Below are positions 56,319 through 64,000 of a DNA stretch of 64,000 bases, piece after piece. Source of the DNA: Octopus vulgaris (Eukaryota); assembly GCA_951406725.2 (NCBI GenBank), contig OX597821.1, positions 51,832,001 to 51,896,000 of the forward strand, in the 5' to 3' direction. The notes beneath the pieces are model-generated. The model saw only the letters and a list, made by a program, of their open reading frames with translations. It did no database searches and was not told where the DNA came from. Position 1 is the first letter of the stretch. Each line of letters begins with the position of its first letter. The position numbers and the translations under genes were made by a program.

Positions 56319-58187
56319 TATTATATATATATATGTATATTTATATATATGTGTGTGTGTGTATGTATATATATATATATATATATATGCACACACACAT
56401 ATTTAACATAATCATCATCACCATCATTTAACATCCATTGTCCATGCTGACATGGACTGGATGGTTTGACCATAGCTGACAATCAAGGGAGCTGCACCAG
56501 ACTCGAGTCCGATTTGGCATGGTTTCTACAGCTTGATGCTCTTCCTAGCATCAACCACATTACAGAGTGTGCTGAGGTGCTGTTATGTGGCACTGCACAG
56601 GCACTTGTACATGGAGCCACATGGGCACTTTTACATGGCACTGACACTAGTGTTTTTCACTACCAGATGGACTGGTCCTAACATTTCTGCTGCTGGGTAC
56701 GGGTCTTCTTGAGTACAACAAGGCACCAGGCATCTCGGTCCTTTGTTGTCTCCAGTGTTTATATATATGTCTTATATATATAAACTTGAGCAGATATTTT
56801 GGTCCTGGAATTTCACTTGTAACCTTTGAGCATCTTGCTAAGTCTTTGGAAGTGTACCTACTTAATCTTAGTTGCTTAATATTGCTACTTCTAAATAGAA
56901 TCTTTTGGGAGATACAGCTTAATGTTGTGAGGGAGTTGATAACTGAAGTGCTCAATCAGGGTAGACTGTGGCTAAAGAACTACATATAAGTTTAATCCCT
57001 GGTCATTCTATCATCATAAGTCGATAACTCATCATTTTATGTTAGACATTACAATTAACCATCTGTGATAGATACTAGAACTCAGGCTATCTTTCTCTCT
57101 TTCTCTCTGTCTCTTCCTTTCTCTTCCTCTCTTTCTTTCTCCTTCTCTTTCTCTCTTTCTTTCTCTTCCGCTTTCTCTTTTCTATTTAAAGTTGCTTCCC
57201 AATGCCAATCTATGATTGACCCAGAAATTTAACAATTTTCTCATCACAATTTCAAAATATTCATTACAAACCTATTTTTCTAAATATACACCAATTTTAA
57301 AATATTATTTTTTTTCTTTATTACAGTGTGACATTTATAAAGTTTTTACTAAGCTCTTTAACAGATAACTTTGGATTCCTATGGATTGTTATTAATAAAA
57401 CTGTTCTTAAAAAAAAACATTCTGACAAAAAACAAAAAAACTGGATTTATTTATGTGAATGGTGAAAATATTTGAAATTTCACCAGGAAAATATTTAAAA
57501 TTTACACGCATTGGAACATAACTGTGAAAAAAACTTTTAAAATCATCATAATCGTTATTATTATCATTATTATTATCATCATCAAAATCATCATCATTTT
57601 CATCTTTACCGTCATTATCATATCAGTCAAGACTTTGCTTAATTTATTTGATTCATATGTCTCCATTTTTTATCAACATGTCAGTTTTCAATTTAACAAC
57701 TCTGCAGACTTTATCGTAGGCAAAGGAAAAATAAAACATATTTTGAAAAGAAAACAAGAATTGATTTCATAACTCATCATCTCATTAAAGCCTTGAGAGG
57801 AGAAATGAACATTTCATAACATTAACTAGTTTCACAATGGTCAGGTAACACTAGGCTCATCTTACCCTGTATTGTTGTGTACATCTTATGCTATCCGAAG
57901 ATCATTGAAGAGGCTTGAATATATATATCAAGTAATATATATTTACTATATATGTTTACCAACAGCAAGTATAAATGAATATACAGAAGTATATATATAC
58001 TTACACTGAACTTTATATATATATAATATGTGAGCCCTGCAAAAGAAATAAAGAAAAAGTGTTACTTCAAAAACATTGCTCAAACTCTCTCAGAAGGACG
58101 TTTGTTCAGAGTAGTGCAATGTCGTTGCACTCATCCCAGTAAGTGCAATCATGATTACAGTATGTCTACTTTATTACCATCTTGCAG

Positions 58188-58359
58188 AGATCTACCAAAA
58201 AGTGGTAAATGGGGTGAGACCATATTTTAGGCCAGGTCTGGAGAACTGTGACTGTCCATCTGATGAATTGGCCAACATAATCCGCAAAGGTTGGTCTGAA
58301 GATCCAGCAGAGCGACCAGATTTCCATGCATTAAAGGGGATGCTCAGAAGACTGAACAA
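58188..58359 (+). CDS. Next exon of the same receptor guanylyl cyclase (end of kinase-homology domain)
   Basis: Acceptor cttgcag|AG completes codon G+AG=Glu with exon 9054-9215. Translation EIYQKVVNGVRPYFRPGLENCDCPSDELANIIRKGWSEDPAERPDFHALKGMLRRLN(K) matches the NPR-type EII..V..G..P.FRP...W.EDP.ERP.F motif. Donor is AA|GTAAG. Confidence 0.93.
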
Positions 58360-59605
58360 GTAAGAATACCATTATTATTATTACTATTGAATTTTTTTTT
58401 TAAATTTCTTTCCTGTGTTTATAGATGCATTTCGTTTTTGTGTTTCTATTAATCACTCCAGGTTTTGATAAAAAAAAGAAAATTTGCACATTGCATCTTT
58501 TATCTTTTGTCTTTCACTTGTTTCAGTCATTAGACTGTGGCCATAATGTGGCACCACCTTGAAGAATTTTTAGTTGAATGAATCAATCCCATTACTTATT
58601 TTGTTAAGCCTGGTACTTATTCTATCAATCCCTTTTGCCAAACCACTATGTTATGGGAATATATACACATCAACACCAGTTATCAAGCGGTAGTGGAGGA
58701 CAAGCACAGATGCAAGGACTCACACACACACACACATACACACACATACACATACACATTACGATGGGCTTCTTTCAGTTTCTGTCTACCAAATCCACTC
58801 ACAAGGATCTGGTTAGTTTGAAGCTATAGTAAAATACACTTGCCCCAGGTGCCAAGCAGTGGGACTGAACCTGGAACCATATGGTTGGGAAGGCAAGCTG
58901 CTCGCCACACACCCACATCTGTAAATCAAACTAAAACTCAATCTTCTTTCTTTATCACCAAATTTAATCTCTCTTCTAATGCTGAGCACCATATCCTGTA
59001 CATCTCTTTTGATAGCACAGAAGTCTTTCCTGATGTATCTCACTTGCAATATTTATCAACTCAACCTTTATTTGCATCTTTTTAACAAGCCATCATCATA
59101 ATCCTCCTCGTCATTATAATAATGTCCACTTGCCCATGCTTGCACAGATTGACATAGAACTGTAGTGGAAGACACTTGTCCAAAGTACCATGCAGTGAGA
59201 ATGAACCCAGAATCATGAGTTTGGGAAGCAAACTTCTTAAGCCATGAGTTTCTTTCCATAAACTTCTCATTTCTATTTCCAAAATTTGCTTCCTACAAAC
59301 AAGAACATTCTTTTAATGAATCAGGCCAGTGTCTCCTGCCACTTGAAACATTTCTGCAGATTCTGCCTTTCACTAGATTACATTGAATAATTGCAGCTTT
59401 GAAAGAATATTTGTTACTACTTCTTTGTCAGCATGTTTACTATTTCTTCAGTCAATAAACTTCATTGTTTTCAGGATCTGCTTATTTGACTCTTTCTGAG
59501 AATATCTACAATTCTTTAGGTTATGAAAATTACAGAAAGAATTTATTACACAATTGGTTAAGAAGAGAATTAGCTTATTTGATGTGCAGTTTGAAAGAGG
59601 CACTA

Positions 59606-59815
59606 TTAATCTTTTAGCATTTAAACTGAACATATCCAGTCTAAATATGAAACCAGCCAGATCCAGCCTATCACGCCTACCCTTCAATGTCATTCTAAAT
59701 ATATACAACCACCTTGTCAAAACTTCAAAGTTACAAGATAATGCATAAGTAATTCAAAACAATGTGAATAACTAAGCATTACTTTTGCTAGAGTGATTGA
59801 ATACTAAAAGGTTAA
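59606..59815. mobile_element. TTAA-flanked MITE (piggyBac-like termini)
   Basis: TTAA tcttttagcatt ... aatactaaaagg TTAA; internal similarity to 7073-7300. Confidence 0.6.
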
Positions 59816-59821
59816 TGCCCT

Positions 59822-60780
59822 CTTTCTAGTCAGGCAACTGTGGGAGAAGTATGTTGTCAGAAGTAATTTCCTGTGCCTGGTATTCATTAAACAGGAGAAG
59901 GCTTTCACAGAGATCCATGATCTGAAATCTGATAGTTGGTATGGAAGCTAGGGATTGGTGAATGTTTTGTGCAGGCCATACAAACTATATATAAATCTGC
60001 AATCAGTAAAGTGAGAACTAGCAATGAGTTCAGTGTGCAAGAAGGAGTGCTCAGGGCTATCTTTAGTCCTCTCATTCTTCATTATAATCCTACAGGTCAT
60101 AACAGAAGAGTTTAAGACTGGCCTCCTATGGGTTCATCATCATCATCATCATCGTTTAACGTCCGCTTTCCATGCTAGCATGGGTTGGACGCATGTTAAA
60201 TCTTTATTCTTATAGTTGAATCTTTAATTCATTTAGAGGAGAAATTTTAGACATGGAAGCAAAACCTCAAATCAAGAGGCATCAAAGTAAATCTAGTAAA
60301 GACTAAAGATTTATCAAATAGGGGAGAACTCAAAATCTTGCTATCATCAGGTTTTGCTTGAGATGCAGGTCAAGAGGAATAGAAATTCTACATGGTGAAC
60401 TCAGTATAAACTATGGCTATACAAGAAGAAAAATTGTGTGATCACAAGCAATCTAACTGAGAAGACAGACTTCATACACAGCAGGTGCACATAGGCAACA
60501 CGCAATGTGAACATATTGCAAATTGATTTGTTTTTCAGATAGTTCCCTAGAAGAAGTTGATAACTTCTGTTTTCTAGGTGACCTACTTAGTGAACACACA
60601 GTAAGACTGAGCTAGAAAGCATGGGAGAACAATTACCTCTGCTGACAACTGATGGGCTTCCCCTCTGACTGAAGGGTAAATTGTAACACCACTTTGGTAT
60701 GAAGAGCTGTGTTATAGGGTAGGGAGATGTGGGCCTTCAATGCAGAGGATTTGCAAAGACTAGAAAAAAAGTGAAACATG
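59822..60780 (+). mobile_element. Old degraded copy of the PHD-RT RTE LINE family
   Basis: FLVRQLWEKY.., [15 protein letters not shown], remnants of the finger region and LEEVDNFCFLGDL, colinear with ORF 53692-56013. Confidence 0.75.
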
Positions 60781-60861
60781 TGAGCTGTACTCGATGAGTG
60801 ATTTTGGTGTGCATCGGTGACAGAGTACAAATGAGTCAAAACACAAACTGGATACTCTCTC

Positions 60862-61087
60862 CGTTTTATTCTTTTACTTGTTTCAGTCATTTGACTGTGG
60901 CCATGCTGGAGCACACTGCCTTTAGTTGAGCAAATCGACCCCAGGACTTATTCTTTGTAAGTCTAGTACATATTCTATCAGTCTCTTTTGCTGAACCGCT
61001 AAGTTACAGGGATGTAAACACACCAGCATTGGTTGTCAAGGGATGTTGGGGGGGGGGACAAACACAGACACACAAACATATACACAC

Positions 61088-61131
<44 letters not shown>

Positions 61132-61280
61132 CGGGCTTCTTTCAGTTTCTATCTACCAAATCCACTCACAAGGCTTTGGTCGGCCTGAGGCAATAGTAGA
61201 AGACACCTGCCCAAGGTGCCACGCTGTGGGACTGAACCCAGAACCATGTGGTTGGTAAGCAAGCTACTTACCACACAGCC
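60862..61280 (-). mobile_element. Main-family tRNA-SINE
   Basis: Family consensus match; other copies near 12780-13235, 15787-16175, 25010-25385, 26590-26975, 58495-58915. Confidence 0.85.
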
Positions 61281-62768
61281 AAACTTGTAGAAATGGGAGA
61301 CTGAAGAAGACTAATCTCAATTTATTGAATTTTAGTGAAGAAAATGACAATGGATCTTGCAATATCTGTTCTGGTTTTTAGTGTTCTGAGTTCAAATTCC
61401 AGCACTGGATTCAACTCCTACTTATGACCAGTGCTAATCACCTGACCATGAAACCACAATTGAATCCAATGACAGCAGTGAGAAGACAATTTTTGGTTGC
61501 ATGTTTACTTCAGTTACATTATGGTGGGGTTGGTGATAGAAGCAACAATTGTGATTATGATGGTAGTTGTGGTGGTGGTGATGTAAAAACATTCAGAGTT
61601 TGTATTAATGCCCAACAAGTCCTGTTGGTGCGAGCAGTGGTAAGTCTATTGTTTCATGTTCTTGCACTTTACTCGAACATAGCAAGACATAGTTGCTTAC
61701 ACAAACCTTCACTACATTTTGCATTTTATTAATCTGTGGTGTTGTGAACTTGTCTGCTGACCACAGACCTATCTATGGCCATTCACAATTGACCACAGGC
61801 ATAATATAGATATGGTGAAGAGAGCATACAGACCACTAAACTGTTAGTTCATTGAGTGGAATATATTGGCTTTCAGTGAAGAAGAGGAGATATATATATA
61901 CCATTTCAGACACAGTCCCTCTTTGAAATATAACATCTCTTCTTGTGGTGTTTCTTCTACATTACATTAAAACATTTTTAGTCTTTCATTGAAATGTCAC
62001 ACCTCTTCTGCACGAAAGCATTCACATCTCAAAGACCTTCGTTAAAACATCTCAACTCTTGTTCTTTTGACTTACATCAAACAATTTTAGCACAGTCTTC
62101 CATTGAAAGGTCACTTCTCCTCCTATTCAGTTTCACATCAAACGTTTCAGGCACAATCCACCAAAGAAGCATCAAATTCCTCCTCCTCCTCCTCCTCCTC
62201 TTCTTCTTCTTCTTCTTCTTCTTCCACCTCCTCCTTCTCCTCCTCCTCTTTTTCAACAAGGGGGTGGAGAAGGAGGACAGTTTATATTGGCCAATAGTTT
62301 ATATTTACAAGTTACCTCCCACGCAGATCATTGCAAGTGTTCCTGTAGTCTGTAGACTTCCTCCCTTTACCCTTAATGTCTCAGCTGTTTTGCTACTGCC
62401 CTGCCACCACCACCACCACCACTCTATGAAAGTATGACACCTCCATCTACATGACAGAATACTAAATTTAAAAATAGCAGAATAAGACAGAAATAGTGCA
62501 GATATATATTTATAGCATTGCTAGAATATAAAGCACAGAATAACGGCAATAGTAGCAGCAGTAGCAACACAGTATAGGTATTGGAAAATCAGTTTGTAGA
62601 GTATTATAATAAAGTGACCTTAATTGTTATATGGTTAGCAAAATGTCACGGTATACAGTGGTTGGCATCAGGTTTACAGAGTGTGTAGAAAGTACAAAAT
62701 AGATTAGAAATGTAGATACAATGCATATTTATAGCATAAACAACCTAAATAATAATAATAATAATAAC

Positions 62769-62816
<48 letters not shown>

Positions 62817-63100
62817 CCATCATCATCATTTAGCGTCCGCTTTCCATGCTAGCATGGGTTGGACGGTTTAACTGGGGTCTGGGAAGCCAGAAGACTGCAC
62901 CAGGCCCAGTCTGATCTGGCAATGTTTCTATGGCTGGATGCCCTTCCTAATGCCAACCACTCCGTGAGTGTAGTGGGTGCTTTTTACATGCCAGACGGGG
63001 CTGGCAAACAGCCACGGTCGGATGGTGCTTTTTACGTGCCACTGGCACGGGGGCCAGGCGAGGCTGGCAACGGCCACGATCGGATGGTGCCGGTGGCACG
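62817..63100 (-). mobile_element. RTE-related 3' end with (GAT)n tail
   Basis: Same 3' UTR family as 19675-20190; other copies near 44335-44533 (+), 47157-47360 (-), 56410-56750 (-). Confidence 0.75.
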
Positions 63101-63105
63101 TAATA

Positions 63106-63136
<31 letters not shown>

Positions 63137-64000
63137 CGACCTCAAATTTTGGTACAAGGCCAGTTATTTCAGGGGAGTGGGTAAATCGATTCCATCATCT
63201 CCACTACTCAACTGGCACTTATTTTATCGACCCCAGAAGGACAGAAGGCAAAATCAACCTCAGTGGATTTTGAACTCAGGACATGTAGATGGACGAAATG
63301 CCGCTAAGCATTTTGCCCAGCATGGTAATGATTCTGCTAAATCACTGCCGTAATAATAATAATAATAATAATTATAATAATAATAATCATCATCATCTTT
63401 TAACGTCCGCTTTCTATGCTAGCATGGGTTGGACAATAATAATAATAATCTTTTCTACTCTAGCCACAAGGCCCAAAATTTTGGAAGATGGGATCAGACG
63501 ATTAGACTGACCCCAGTACGCAACTGGTACTTAATTTATTGACCCAAAAAGAATGAAAGGCAAAGCTGACCGTGGCAGAATTTGAACTCAGAACGTAAAG
63601 ACAGATGAAATATCGCTAAGCATTTCGCCCAGCATGCTAATGTTTCTGCCAGCTTGCCACCTTATTAATAACGATGATATTAATAATCTTTTCTACTCTA
63701 GGCACAAGGCCCGAAATTTTTGGCAAGTTAGGGCCAGGCTATTAGATCAACCTCAGTACATAGCTGGTACTTAATTTATCGATTCCAAAAGGATGAAAGG
63801 CAAAGTTGACCTGGGCGGAATTTGAGCTCGGAACACAAAGAGAGATTCTGCCAGCTCACTGCCTTATTGATGATAATGATGATGATGATGATGATGATGG
63901 TGGTGGTGTTGGTGGTGATGATGATGATGAGGAGGAGGAGGAGGAGGATTTCAAATTTTGGTGCATGGCCAACAATTTCGGTGGTTGGGGAGGGCAAGTC

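Overview
AT-rich animal genomic DNA saturated with microsatellites and retroposons. The repeat landscape suggests an octopus (coleoid cephalopod) genome; this is an inference. Only two host coding exons are recognisable, 9054-9215 and 58188-58359 on the + strand. They splice in frame (...NEMSPR|EIYQKVV...) into the kinase-homology domain of a receptor guanylyl cyclase (natriuretic-peptide-receptor-like) across a ~49 kb intron. Most of the window is intron filled with three tRNA-SINE families, RTE/BovB/CR1 LINE relics, mariner and DD41D transposase relics, MITEs and recent tandem duplications. One young, 5'-truncated RTE LINE has an uninterrupted 773-aa ORF with a PHD finger inserted inside the RT domain. 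The most unusual signal is several families of fold-back elements carrying minimal (Penelope-type) hammerhead ribozyme motifs. One family has two divergent tRNA-like pol III heads, each leading into a hammerhead, and one copy is bounded by a 12-bp target-site duplication. There is also a candidate in-frame 15-nt microexon (31070-31084) at the edge of a CpG-retaining zone. Almost all other ORFs in the track are microsatellite or SINE artefacts. Repeat boundaries were read by eye and are approximate.
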